NCBI GenBank assembly: GCA_964057225.1
Contig: OZ059898.1
Span: 806,001-870,000 of the forward strand
Source of the DNA: Auanema rhodensis
Taxonomy: Eukaryota > Animalia > Nematoda
DNA length: 64,000 nucleotides
Direction of reading: 5' to 3'
The translations under genes and the position numbers were made by a program. The stretch's first letter is position 1, and each line of letters opens with the position of its first letter. The notes below the pieces were generated by a model that was not told the origin of the DNA, did no database searches, and worked only from the letters and a program-made list of their open reading frames with translations. Positions 39,301-50,457 of this stretch are shown in pieces.

Positions 39301-42300
39301 ATGCGGATTTTTAAGCTGCGTCGATCTGTGTTATCAGATTTGCGCTAGCTTAAAAATGCACCGAGATATCAACTGATATAAGTTCACACTTATATCCTCG
39401 ATTTTCACCCTGAAGAATTAATTTTTTCGTTGAATAACATTGTCCATCGTCTTTGCCTTGAAAAAAGGAATCTAAAAACATCTACTTTTCGCCAAATTAT
39501 TTTGAAATATTTCGAAAAAATTTTTGTCAAAATGTTTTTGGAAGCAATGTTGAGTGTACATGGAAACTCAACATACACTAATGCATCATTTTTCAAACGA
39601 TCATAACTAATTTTTGTATTAAGCGTTTCTCAATGTAGTATAGTGCATTCGATGCGGATTTTTAAGCTGCGTCGATCTGTGTTATCAGATTTGCGCTAGC
39701 TTAAAAATGCACCGAGATATCAACTGATATAAGTTCACACTTATATCCTCGATTTTCACCCTGAAGAATTAATTTTTTCGTTGAATAACATTGTCCATCG
39801 TCTTTGCCTTGAAAAAAGGAATCTAAAAACATCTTCTTTTTGCTAAATTATTTTGAAATTTTTCGAAAAAATTTTTGTCAAAATGTTCTTGGAAGCAATG
39901 TTGAGTGTACATGGAAACTCAACATACACTAATGCATCATTTTTCAAACGATCATAACTAATTTTTGTATTAAGCGTTTCTCAATGTAGTATAGTGCATT
40001 CGATGCGGATTTTTAAGCTGCGTCGATCTGTGTTATCAGATTTGCGCTAGCTTAAAAATGCACCGAGATATCAACTGATATAAGTTCACACTTATATCCT
40101 CGATTTTCACCCTGAAGAATTAATTTTTTCGTTGAATAACATTGTCCATCGTCTTTGCCTTGAAAAAAGGAATCTAAAAACATCTACTTTTCGCCAAATT
40201 ATTTCGAAATATTTCGAAAAAATTTTTGTCAAAATGTTTTTGGAAGCAATGTTGAGTGTACATGGAAACTCAACATACACTAATGCATCATTTTTCAAAC
40301 GATCATAACTAATTTTTGTATTAAGCGTTTCTCAATGTAGTATAGTGCATTCGATGCGGATTTTTAAGCTGCGTCGATCTGTGTTATCAGATTTGCGCTA
40401 GCTTAAAAATGCACCGAGATATCAACTGATATAAGTTCACACTTATATCCTCGATTTTCACCCTGAAGAATTAATTTTTTCGTTGAATAACATTGTCCAT
40501 CGTCTTTGCCTTGAGAAAAGGAATCTAAAAACATCTACTTTTTGCTAAATTATTTTGAAATTTTTCGAAAAAATTTTTGTCAAAATGTTTTTGGAAGCAA
40601 TGTTGAGTGTACATGAAAACTCAACATACACTAATGCATCATTTTTCAAACGATCATAACTAATTTTTGTATTAAGCGTTTCTCAATGTAGTATAGTGCA
40701 TTCGATGCGGATTTTTAAGCTGCGTCGATCTGTGTTATCAGATTTGCGCTAGCTTAAAAATGCACCGAGATATCAACTGATATAAGTTCACACTTATATC
40801 CTCGATTTTCACCCTGAAGAATTAATTTTTTCGTTGAATAACATATCCATCGTCTTTGCCTTGAAAAAAGGAATCTAAAAACATCTACTTTTCGCCAAAT
40901 TATTTTGAAATTTTTCGAAAAAATTTTTGTCAAAATGTTTTTGGAAGCAATGTTGAGTGTACATGGAAACTCAACATACACTAATGCATCATTTTTCAAA
41001 CGATCATAACTAATTTTTGTATTAAGCGTTTCTCAATGTAGTATAGTGCATTCGATGCGGATTTTTAAGCTGCGTCGATCTGTGTTATCAGATTTGCGCT
41101 AGCTTAAAAATGCACCGAGATATCAACTGATATAAGTTCACACTTATATCCTCGATTTTCACCCTGAAGAATTAATTTTTTCGTTGAATAACATTGTCCA
41201 TCGTCTTTGCCTTGAAAAAAGGAATCTAAAAACATCTACTTTTTGCTAAATTATTTTGAAATTTTTCGAAAAAATTTTTGTCAAAATGTTTTTGGAAGCA
41301 ATGTTGAGTGTACATGGAAACTCAACATACACTAATGCATCATTTTTCAAACGATCATAACTAATTTTTGTACTAAGCGTTTCTCAATGTAGTATAGTGC
41401 ATTCGATGCGGATTTTTAAGCTGCGTCGATCTGTGTTATCAGATTTGCGCTAGCTTAAAAATGCACCGAGATATCAACTGATATAAGTTCACACTTATAT
41501 CCTCGATTTTCACCCTGAAGAATTAATTTTTTTGTTGAATAACATTGTCCATCGTCTTTGCCTTTAAAAAAGGAATCTAAAAACATCTACTTTTTGCTAA
41601 ATTATCTTGAAATTTTTCGAAAAAATTTTTGTCAAAATGTTTTTGGAAGCAATGTTGAGTGTACATAGAAACTCAACATACACTAATGCATCATTTTTCA
41701 AACGATCATAACTAATTTTTGTATTAAGCGTTTCTCAATGTAGTATAGTGCATTCGATGCGGATTTTTAAGCTGTGTCGATCTGTGTTATCAGATTTGCG
41801 CTAGCTTAAAAATGCACCGAGATATCAACTGATATAAGTTCACACTTATATCCTCGATTTTCACCCTGAAGAATTAATTTTTTCGTTGAATAACATTGTC
41901 CATCGTCTTTGCCTTGAAAAAAGGAATCTAAAAACATCTACTTTTTGCTAAATTATCTTGAAATTTTTCGAAAAAATTTTTGTCAAAATGTTTTTGGAAG
42001 CAATGTTGAGTGTACATGGAAACTCAACATACACTAATGCATCATTTTTCAAACGATCATAACTAATTTTTGTATTAAGCGTTTCTCAATGTCGTATAGT
42101 GCATTCGATGCGGATTTTTAAGCTGCGTCGATCTGTGTTATCAGATTTGCGCTAGCTTAAAAATGCACCGAGATATCAACTGATATAAGTTCACACTTAT
42201 ATCCTCGATTTTCACCCTGAAGAATTAATTTTTTCGTTGAATAACATTGTCCATCGTCTTTGCCTTGAAAAAAGGAATCTAAAAACATCTACTTTTTGCT

Positions 42301-44125
42301 AAATTATTTCGAAATTTTTCGAAAAAATTTTTGTCAAAATGTTTTTGGAAGCAATGTTGAGTGTACAAGGAAACTCAACATACACTAATGCATCATTTTT
42401 CAAACGATCATAACTAATTTTTGTATTAAGCGTTTCTCAATGTAGTATAGTGCATTCGATGCGGATTTTTAAGCTGCGTCGATCTGTGTTATCAGATTTG
42501 CGCTAGCTTAAAAATGCACCGAGATATCAACTGATATAAGTTCACACTTATATCCTCGATTTTCACCCTGAAGAATTAATTTTTTCGTTGAATAACATTG
42601 TCCATCGTCTTTGCCTTGAAAAAAGGAATCTAAAAACATCTACTTTTTGCCAAATTATTTTGAAATTTTTCGAAAAAATTTTTGTCAAAATGTTTTTGGA
42701 AGCAATGTTGAGTGTACATGGAAACTCAACATACACTAATGCATCATTTTTCAAACGATCATAACTAATTTTTGTATTAAGCGTTTCTCAATGTAGTATA
42801 GTGCATTCGATGCGGATTTTTAAGCTGCGTCGATCTGTGTTATCAGATTTGCGCTAGCTTAAAAATGCACCGAGATATCAACTGATATAAGTTCACACTT
42901 ATATCCTCGATTTTCACCCTGAAGAATTAATTTTTTCGTTGAATTACATTGTCCATCGTCTTTGCCTTGAAAAAAGGAATCTAAAAACATCTACTTTTTG
43001 CTAAATTATTTTGAAATTTTTCGAAAAAATTTTTGTCAAAATGTTTTTGGAAGCAATGTTGAGTGTACATGGAAACTCAACATACACTAATGCATCATTT
43101 TTCAAACGATCATAACTAATTTTTGTATTAAGCGTTTCTCAATGTAGTATAGTGCATTCGATGCGGATTTTTAAGCTGCGTCGATCTGTGTTATCAGATT
43201 TGCGCTAGCTTAAAAATGCACCGAGATATCAACTGATATAAGTTCACACTTATATCCTCGATTTTCACCCTGAAGAATTAATTTTTTCGTTGAATAACAT
43301 TGTCCATCGTCTTTGCCTTGAAAAAAGAAATCTAAAAACATCTACTTTTCGCCAAATTATTTTGAAATATTTCGAAAAAATTTTTGTCAAAATGTTTTTG
43401 GAAGCAATGTTGAGTGTACATGGAAACTCAACATACACTAATGCATCATTTTTCAAACGATCATAACTAATTTTTGTATTAAGCGTTTCTCAATGTAGTA
43501 TAGTGCATTCGATGCGGATTTTTAAGCTGCGTCGATCTGTGTTATCAGATTTGCGCTAGCTCAAAAATGCACCGAGATATCAACTGATATAAGTTCACAC
43601 TTATATCCTCGATTTTCACCCTGAAGAATTAATTTTTTCGTTGAATAACATTGTCCATCGTCTTTGCCTTGAAAAAAGGAATCTAAAAACATCTTCTTTT
43701 TGCTAAATTATTTTGAAATTTTTCGAAAAAATTTTTGTCAAAATGTTCTTGGAAGCAATGTTGAGTGTACATGGAAACTCAACATACACTAATGCATCAT
43801 TTTTCAAACGATCATAACTAATTTTTGTATTAAGCGTTTCTCAATGTAGTATAGTGCATTCGATGCGGATTTTTAAGCTGCGTCGATCTGTGTTATCAGA
43901 TTTGCGCTAGCTTAAAAATGCACCGAGATATCAACTGATATAAGTTCACACTTATATCCTCGATTTTCACCCTGAAGAATTAATTTTTTCGTTGAATAAC
44001 ATTGTCCATCGTCTTTGCCTTGAAAAAAGGAATCTAAAAACATCTACTTTTCGCCAAATTATTTCGAAATATTTCGAAAAAATTTTTGTCAAAATGTTTT
44101 TGGAAGCAATGTTGAGTGTACATGG
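33363..44125. repeat. 351-bp satellite array, block 3 (about 31.5 monomers, four 275-bp variants)
   Basis: Same monomer. Deletion junctions at 34005, 34631, 35959 and 36234. Confidence 0.99.
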
Positions 44126-44443
44126 TATCTCGAAATTAAAACGAAATATAATGAAAATGATTTATTTATAAGAAATATTTTATGAATCACGATATATATT
44201 ATTAAATATGCGACTACGCGCTATGAGCCAACTATGTGAACTGAAAGATAACTTTATAGTCCTCGTTACGTCAATTTCACGCGCTTATGACGTGACGCGT
44301 ATACAACCGGTTTTCTCAAACCAAATGAGAATAAATGATTAATGAATAATTTCTTTTCAGGATGATTTTAATATTTAATGAATTCTCACTTTTTTAATAG
44401 TTTCTCCGTTACTTTCATTAAATTTCGTATAATATACGAAACA
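44126..44443 (-). repeat. BEL 3' LTR (TGTTTCG...CGAGATA on the - strand)
   Basis: Direct repeat of 51505-51822. Confidence 0.97.
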
Positions 44444-44510
44444 TTCCAGCCCGAATCGGGTTTTTTAATATGTTTCACGAAAGAATTCATTTTATTTCAT
44501 TTAAAAATGT

Positions 44511-44963
44511 TTATTTTCGTTTGGTACATGGGCAGATAATAAAATTATACTGCTTCAAATTACAAAATTTACAAATTTTTGCTTTTGTGCAATCTCCTTT
44601 ATGTCTGTTAAGACAGAGTAAGCATAACTTCATAGAGACTGCTTTGGTAAACTTAGAAAGTTTAGATGGATGTTGGGAACATTTTTCGGTGTTGTGTTCT
44701 TTTTTACAGAGTTTGCAGTATGACTTCGGTTTATATGTTATAGTTGATGTACCATCTTTCTTTTCTGGTTGTTTACTACTTATCTCTCGTTTTTCAGAGT
44801 AAATATCATTCAATTTCTTCAGTGCTTCACACATAGTAACCACGTGTTTCTCCAGAAAGGATATTCTTTCTATGAGATTGTCGGTGGTTGCTTGGTTTTC
44901 TTCAATTCCTTCCTCCAGAAGTAGTTCTTCATAATCATTCATGATTTCGTTCTGTTCCTTCAT
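44511..44963 (-). CDS. BEL accessory ORF3, 150 aa: acidic, probably coiled-coil N-terminus plus triple Cys/His knuckle
   Basis: ATG-started ORF between pol and the 3' LTR with CKLCKKEHNTEKC, CLLCLNRHKGDC and CKFCNLKQYNFIICPC. Confidence 0.8.
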   Translation of the reverse strand: MKEQNEIMNDYEELLLEEGIEENQATTDNLIERISFLEKHVVTMCEALKKLNDIYSEKREISSKQPEKKDGTSTITYKPKSYCKLCKKEHNTEKCSQHPSKLSKFTKAVSMKLCLLCLNRHKGDCTKAKICKFCNLKQYNFIICPCTKRK

Positions 44964-44993
44964 GAGAAATGAATTTTTCTGTTAGATTCTTTT

Positions 44994-45053
44994 CTTTATA
45001 TACTATTTCTGGTTGCGTGACTTTACGTGACGTTCACGTAACGTTATGACGTG
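44994..45053 (-). promoter_or_regulatory. Putative internal promoter for ORF3
   Basis: On the - strand CACGTCATAA..CGTGAA..ACGTAA..TATAAAG, the same motifs in the same order as in the LTR (44252-44294). The TATA box ends 30 nt before the ATG. Confidence 0.6.
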
Positions 45054-45214
45054 TCACGAATCATCCGCCGCAAAAAAAACGACCGATTAACTCTCTTCAC
45101 ATAATTTGAATTACTTTTTATTTAAAATTAATATATATATATATATTTTTTTTTTTTATTCTAGAAACTACACTATGCATGTACAAAATTTAATTTAATT
45201 CAATGTTGTTATAG

Positions 45215-48200
45215 CTAAAAGAACATAGTGTAGTCAATTTTTTCGATATTCCGAAGTCTATTTTTCCATAATTCTGGATTATTCTCTTTTATATTTTTTG
45301 GTTCATTACTTTTTTCATGATTTTGCAATGATTCACTGTTTATTCTATGATTTTCTTCGTTATTTGGTGTATTTTCTGATATTTCCAGAGGGATGAGATG
45401 ATTAATAGATCTGAGAAATCGATTCCCTTCAGAATTTCTAATTTTGACGGTTCTGATCTCTCCATCTTGCGAATATATCAATTCTTCAATAATTGCAAGT
45501 GGCCATTTGTGTCTTTTTACGTTATTTTCAATGCATAAAACAATTTCACCAACTTTGGGATTTGTTTTATTACAGTTTTTGTTGATAGCACTCTTGTTAG
45601 ATAATGCTCTTAGTTCTTCAAGGTAAGTTAAAGACCATTCTCTCCAAAATTCCGAAATAGTTCTATTGCAAATACTCATCCAGTCTTTTATTTCGTTAAT
45701 TTGAGATAAATTTGTTTTCTTTGCATTATCCGAGAATTCGCAAATGAGGTTTTCTGGATGGTAGTACTCTAGACTTTTAGGAGTTATTATTTTGTCAAAA
45801 TCGTCATGTATGTACGATATAGGTCTCGAATTTATTATATTTTCAATTTCTGTTAAAATTGTACTTAATTCATTGAAATAAACTGTTCTTGTTCCAAGTG
45901 TTTTTATTAAGTACTTTTTTGTTACTCCAATCAATCTTTCATAAAATCCTCCTTTCCATGGTGAATAAGGAGTTATTTTTTGCCAGTTTACATGCTTTTT
46001 TTCAATGAAAGTTTCGAGAATTTTATCAGTTTTTATAAACTGACTGCCGTTATCTGATATTATTTTTGTTGGTACTCGTTTTCGAGCAAAAAATTTTCTC
46101 AGATTTAGTGTTAATTCTTTACTGGAGCAATCATTGGCTAAATCCAAATATACTGCTCGTGTACACAGGCAAGTAATTAACATAATCCAAACCTTCTTGT
46201 CATAATTACTATTTGTTTTTACTAATAACGGACCGGCGTAATCAATACCTATATTTTCGAAAGGTTTATATATTAGGACTCTTTCTTTTGGTAATTGAGG
46301 ATAATTTGGGTATTTATATGGCCTATTATTTAATTTTTTACATTTTAAACATTTTGAAATTACTGTATTTATGCATGTTTTAAGTTTTATGATGAAAAAT
46401 TCTCTTCTTACTATTGCCATCATGGTTTCTCGCGAACTATGAAGCGATGTCTCATGAATGTAAGTAAGAATGAGTTTAGTGAATGTTTTTTTTCCAAAAA
46501 GAAGAATTGGATACTGTTTGTTACTATTTTCTGAGTTGCCTAATCGGCCTCGCACTCTTAATATTCCAGAATCATCTGTAATTATATCCAATTTCTTGTA
46601 TTTTTCTTTTTTAAGCAAAATGCTGTTTTGGTTTTGATGACATTTTATTAGAAGTTGTTGAATCATTTTGTTTTTTGTCAACGTATCTTTTTCATTAAAA
46701 TTCTCAAGCAGATTTTGACTTGTTTTTCCGATATTTTTCTGCATTTTAGTGATGAAAATTAGAACTTGGCGAATTATGTTAATGAACTTTGAATACGATG
46801 AAAAAGTTTGTGCCAAGAAATCTAAATCTTGATTCTCAGCTGGATTCATTTCAGATTTTAACAACAAAGTCACTATTTTTAGTTGTGGTTCATCACAATA
46901 CTTTTCTATAACTTCTTTCAATGTTTTTATGTGCAAATTTCGTTCTTTTTCTGCTTTATACCATTGAGGACCTTCGATCCATTGCATATATGTTTCATCG
47001 GGTTTTTCTAAACCTCTCGTAGGTAAATCGGCAGGATTAAACTTTGTATTCACATAAAAAAATTCAATTTTTCGGTTTCCTTGTTCAATTTCGGTTATTA
47101 ATTCTGTTATTTTGTTCAATCTGTTCCGTATATATATTTTTTTCGTTGGATTCTTATGTAACCAACATAGAACAACTTGTGAATCAGTGAAAATTTTAAT
47201 ATTTTTGATTTTTACGTTTATTTCTTTGATATTTTCTTTTAACATTTTCATTCCGAAAAGAACAGCAGTTAGTTCTTTCATTGGTATGGTTCCTTCAACC
47301 ATTGTCGATGATTTAGAGCATAAAAAATCTATTTTTTCAATTTTTCCATGAATATTTATACTCATCACATATGCGACGGCCGCTATGACATCTTTAGACG
47401 CGTCAGTGAATAATAAAAATTCATATTTTTGAGATGTATCGCTTGTTTCATCGATAATTGCTCTTTTAATTTCGATTTTTTCGTTTTCGATCTTTTTATA
47501 TAAGGTTTTCCATACTGATTGTTGTTTTTCTGGTATTAGTTCGTCCCATCCTATTTTGGAATCCCAAATTTCTTTCAAAAATAACCTTAGTTTTAATGTT
47601 AGAGGTTGTGTTATACCGAGAGGGTCGAATATTGAGTTTATATAGCTCAAAATTCCTCTTTTGGTGATAGACTTCTCTTCCCATTTGGGTATTTTTATTA
47701 ATAAAACATCTTTTTCACCGTTGTAATGCATTCCTAGTATTTTGAAGCTTGTTTCTTTAATCTGGTCTTTGATTGGGATCATGTCTTTTTGAATTACATC
47801 ATTAGTATAAAATTCTCTAACGTTCATTCCTATTTTTGAAAATAAATTTTTTACTTCCTCATAAAATTTGAAAATTTGATCTTTATTTTCAATTTTCAGC
47901 ATTATGTTGTCCACATAAATGTTTCTTAATATATTTTCTGAGATTTCACTTTTTTCCGTTTTTAAAAAATAAATTATGCTTGCTGCTAATAGGAATGGTG
48001 AACTGTTCACTCCAAAAGGTATTCTTGTAAATCGTAAGTTTAGAATGTTACTTTTCTGCGTTCCTTTGTGAATGTCTTTCACCCATAAAATTCTTGTTAA
48101 ATCTCTATGATTTTCGTCTAATTCTATTTGGTGGAACGCTTTCTCTATGTCCCCTATTAAGAAGTTTCTACTCATTCTGAGTCTTATTAGCATGCCTGCA

Positions 48201-49342
48201 AGACTTGGTATGATGCCTTCACCTTGATACAGTATGTCATTGAGAGATTTTTCATTTTTCTTTTTACTTGATGCATTTAGAACAATTCTGAGCTTTGTAG
48301 TCAGGCTCGACAGTTTTAAAACATAATGATGTGGTATATAATAAGTGAAAAAAGGATGATTTTGCTCTGGAGCAATTTCTAGAATTCCAGTTTTCATTTG
48401 TTCCATCATTGTTTCGTTATATTTCATCAAAATATCGGTTTTATCTTTCATTGTGTTCAGTATGCCATTCAAACATCCGATACTTTTGCCATAATTATCG
48501 TTAATTGATTGAACATCCGGTCTTATTGGAAATTTAACTTTAATTCGATCATTTACATATTGTACATTATCGTAAAAATGTTTCCAAGCCATTTTATCTT
48601 CATATTTACGTATTTCTTCTTTAGTTGCTTTTTTATTATCATCATTTAAACTAATTCCGTTTAAAAAACAGCTTATATCTTCGTTTTGAACGGATTCTTT
48701 TGAATTACTATCATTACAGTCACTTTGAGCAATAATAGGATGTATTATAGTTGGTATTATAATCAAATCATTACGTATATTAATAGATTTGAAAGTTTTT
48801 GGAACAAAATCGAAGAAATTGTCCATTCCTATTAAAATATCTGGTTCTACAAGACCTTTTTCAAATAATAATGTATTACTTTTTAGTTTATATGCTTTGA
48901 TTTCTTTAATATCCTCTTCATTTAATATGGGCATATTAACATATTTTGTAATTTGATCAATACTCATTAGTTTTACTGCTTTTTTGACTTCGGGAATATC
49001 CCACATAACTTCTCTAGATGATATGTTTTTTATATTGTTATTTATGCTTGAAATACTTAAAGATTTTTCGTTTAAAATTTTTAAATTCAACAGTTTCGCT
49101 GTTTTTTCTTTTATAAATGATTGATGAGAGCAAGTATCGAATAATATTACTAGATTTTTATGATAAGTTTTGAAAAATGATATGAAAAATGTGTTATTTC
49201 TATTTTTTTCTGTGTTATTTATATTTTCTGATAAAAGATTAGTTCTTATTATTCCTTTTCTATTACATTTTTCATTATTCGAAAATTTTGCCCTAATGGT
49301 TCTTGATTGCCACCTGTTAGTTGAAGTTTCTGGCCTCTCTCT
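45215..49342 (-). CDS. pol: BEL pol (PR-RT-RH-IN), -1 frame relative to gag
   Basis: The frame is open from 49342, beyond the called TTG start at 49090. The extension holds the protease motif VILFDTCSHQSFI (~49110-49150) and overlaps the end of gag by 94 nt. Confidence 0.92.
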   Translation of the reverse strand, partial: RERPETSTNRWQSRTIRAKFSNNEKCNRKGIIRTNLLSENINNTEKNRNNTFFISFFKTYHKNLVILFDTCSHQSFIKEKTAKLLNLKILNEKSLSISSINNNIKNISSREVMWDIPEVKKAVKLMSIDQITKYVNMPILNEEDIKEIKAYKLKSNTLLFEKGLVEPDILIGMDNFFDFVPKTFKSINIRNDLIIIPTIIHPIIAQSDCNDSNSKESVQNEDISCFLNGISLNDDNKKATKEEIRKYEDKMAWKHFYDNVQYVNDRIKVKFPIRPDVQSINDNYGKSIGCLNGILNTMKDKTDILMKYNETMMEQMKTGILEIAPEQNHPFFTYYIPHHYVLKLSSLTTKLRIVLNASSKKKNEKSLNDILYQGEGIIPSLAGMLIRLRMSRNFLIGDIEKAFHQIELDENHRDLTRILWVKDIHKGTQKSNILNLRFTRIPFGVNSSPFLLAASIIYFLKTEKSEISENILRNIYVDNIMLKIENKDQIFKFYEEVKNLFSKIGMNVREFYTNDVIQKDMIPIKDQIKETSFKILGMHYNGEKDVLLIKIPKWEEKSITKRGILSYINSIFDPLGITQPLTLKLRLFLKEIWDSKIGWDELIPEKQQSVWKTLYKKIENEKIEIKRAIIDETSDTSQKYEFLLFTDASKDVIAAVAYVMSINIHGKIEKIDFLCSKSSTMVEGTIPMKELTAVLFGMKMLKENIKEINVKIKNIKIFTDSQVVLCWLHKNPTKKIYIRNRLNKITELITEIEQGNRKIEFFYVNTKFNPADLPTRGLEKPDETYMQWIEGPQWYKAEKERNLHIKTLKEVIEKYCDEPQLKIVTLLLKSEMNPAENQDLDFLAQTFSSYSKFINIIRQVLIFITKMQKNIGKTSQNLLENFNEKDTLTKNKMIQQLLIKCHQNQNSILLKKEKYKKLDIITDDSGILRVRGRLGNSENSNKQYPILLFGKKTFTKLILTYIHETSLHSSRETMMAIVRREFFIIKLKTCINTVISKCLKCKKLNNRPYKYPNYPQLPKERVLIYKPFENIGIDYAGPLLVKTNSNYDKKVWIMLITCLCTRAVYLDLANDCSSKELTLNLRKFFARKRVPTKIISDNGSQFIKTDKILETFIEKKHVNWQKITPYSPWKGGFYERLIGVTKKYLIKTLGTRTVYFNELSTILTEIENIINSRPISYIHDDFDKIITPKSLEYYHPENLICEFSDNAKKTNLSQINEIKDWMSICNRTISEFWREWSLTYLEELRALSNKSAINKNCNKTNPKVGEIVLCIENNVKRHKWPLAIIEELIYSQDGEIRTVKIRNSEGNRFLRSINHLIPLEISENTPNNEENHRINSESLQNHEKSNEPKNIKENNPELWKNRLRNIEKIDYTMFF

Positions 49343-50457
49343 TCATTAGCATAATATTTTCTTTCATTTTGGTTTGGGGTACCTTCATTAGCATATGCGT
49401 TTCTGTTGTTTTTGAGTGTAGTTTGCTCATTAGCATATTGGTTTTTTATGCAAATGCTTTGATGATGCCGTCCATTGCATATTTCGCATGGTTTTTCTTT
49501 ACATTCGAATGATGAATGTTTTTTGCTAAAACAAATCCAGCATACTTTGTTTTGCATAATAATATTTCGCTTTTCGCTAATTGGTTTCAATTTTCTACAG
49601 TATTTCGTATCATGATTATCCATTCTACAGTATATGCATGTTTTTTCAATTTGTTTTGTAAGGCTATAATTATTTTCGTTCATTCTATTATAATTTTTTA
49701 TTGTTTTCGGATTTCTTTCTTTATTTGAATTTGTTAAAAAATTAATTGTTGATCTATGCTCATATTTTTCACTTTTGCTGTTTTTTGTTGCTGCAATTCC
49801 TGCTTCTATTTTGATTTCTATGCATTTTAGCACGTCTTCTATGTTCATTCTCCTTTTTTCTGTTATTTCTATTTCGGATATTTTTGTGTTGATCTCTATA
49901 TCAAATTTGCTTTTTATTATTTCTATTATTTCATCATTATCAACGTTTTCGTACTCTTCTAATGCTGATATTATTGACTTAATTTTATAAAAATTTTCTC
50001 TTGCATGTATTGGGTTGTTATATGATTTTCTTACGTTACTAAGCTCCATTTTTAAATCTTTTTTAATTTCGTAAGGTCTATCAAACGTATCTTTTAACAA
50101 TTTCAGAGCTTTTGCATAATTGTTCGCCTCTAGGCTGATGTGTTCCAACAGTTGTGATGGGAAGCCGGTAAGTGATGTTTTGAGATAGTATAATTTTTCT
50201 AATTTTGTTATTTTTTTATTATTATGTATGAGCATTTTGAACATGTTGTAAAATTCTTTAAATTTTTTGATTTCTCCATCAAATTTTTGTAATTCCATTT
50301 TTGGTTTGAATCCTTCATTTTTCATGATCTTGTGTTTGTTTTTTCCATAAGATATATTTTCTTCATCTGATTCTGTATTATATTCTTCATTACTTTCGTA
50401 CTTTTCTGTTCTTTTGTGTATTTCACATTTTTTTATGTGTTTTTCCAATTTCTTCAT
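49249..50457 (-). CDS. gag: BEL gag core, 402 aa from the first available ATG
   Basis: Capsid-like region KFDGEIKKFKEFYNMF...EKLYYLKTSL and three knuckles CIYC..H..C, CWIC..H..C, CEIC..HH..C. Confidence 0.92.
   Translation of the reverse strand: MKKLEKHIKKCEIHKRTEKYESNEEYNTESDEENISYGKNKHKIMKNEGFKPKMELQKFDGEIKKFKEFYNMFKMLIHNNKKITKLEKLYYLKTSLTGFPSQLLEHISLEANNYAKALKLLKDTFDRPYEIKKDLKMELSNVRKSYNNPIHARENFYKIKSIISALEEYENVDNDEIIEIIKSKFDIEINTKISEIEITEKRRMNIEDVLKCIEIKIEAGIAATKNSKSEKYEHRSTINFLTNSNKERNPKTIKNYNRMNENNYSLTKQIEKTCIYCRMDNHDTKYCRKLKPISEKRNIIMQNKVCWICFSKKHSSFECKEKPCEICNGRHHQSICIKNQYANEQTTLKNNRNAYANEGTPNQNERKYYANEERGQKLQLTGGNQEPLGQNFRIMKNVIEKE

Noticed and set aside
44470-49990. Short + strand ORFs and the 62-aa nested - strand ORF within the BEL element
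   Set aside because: Antisense or alternate-frame shadows of ORF3, pol and gag.
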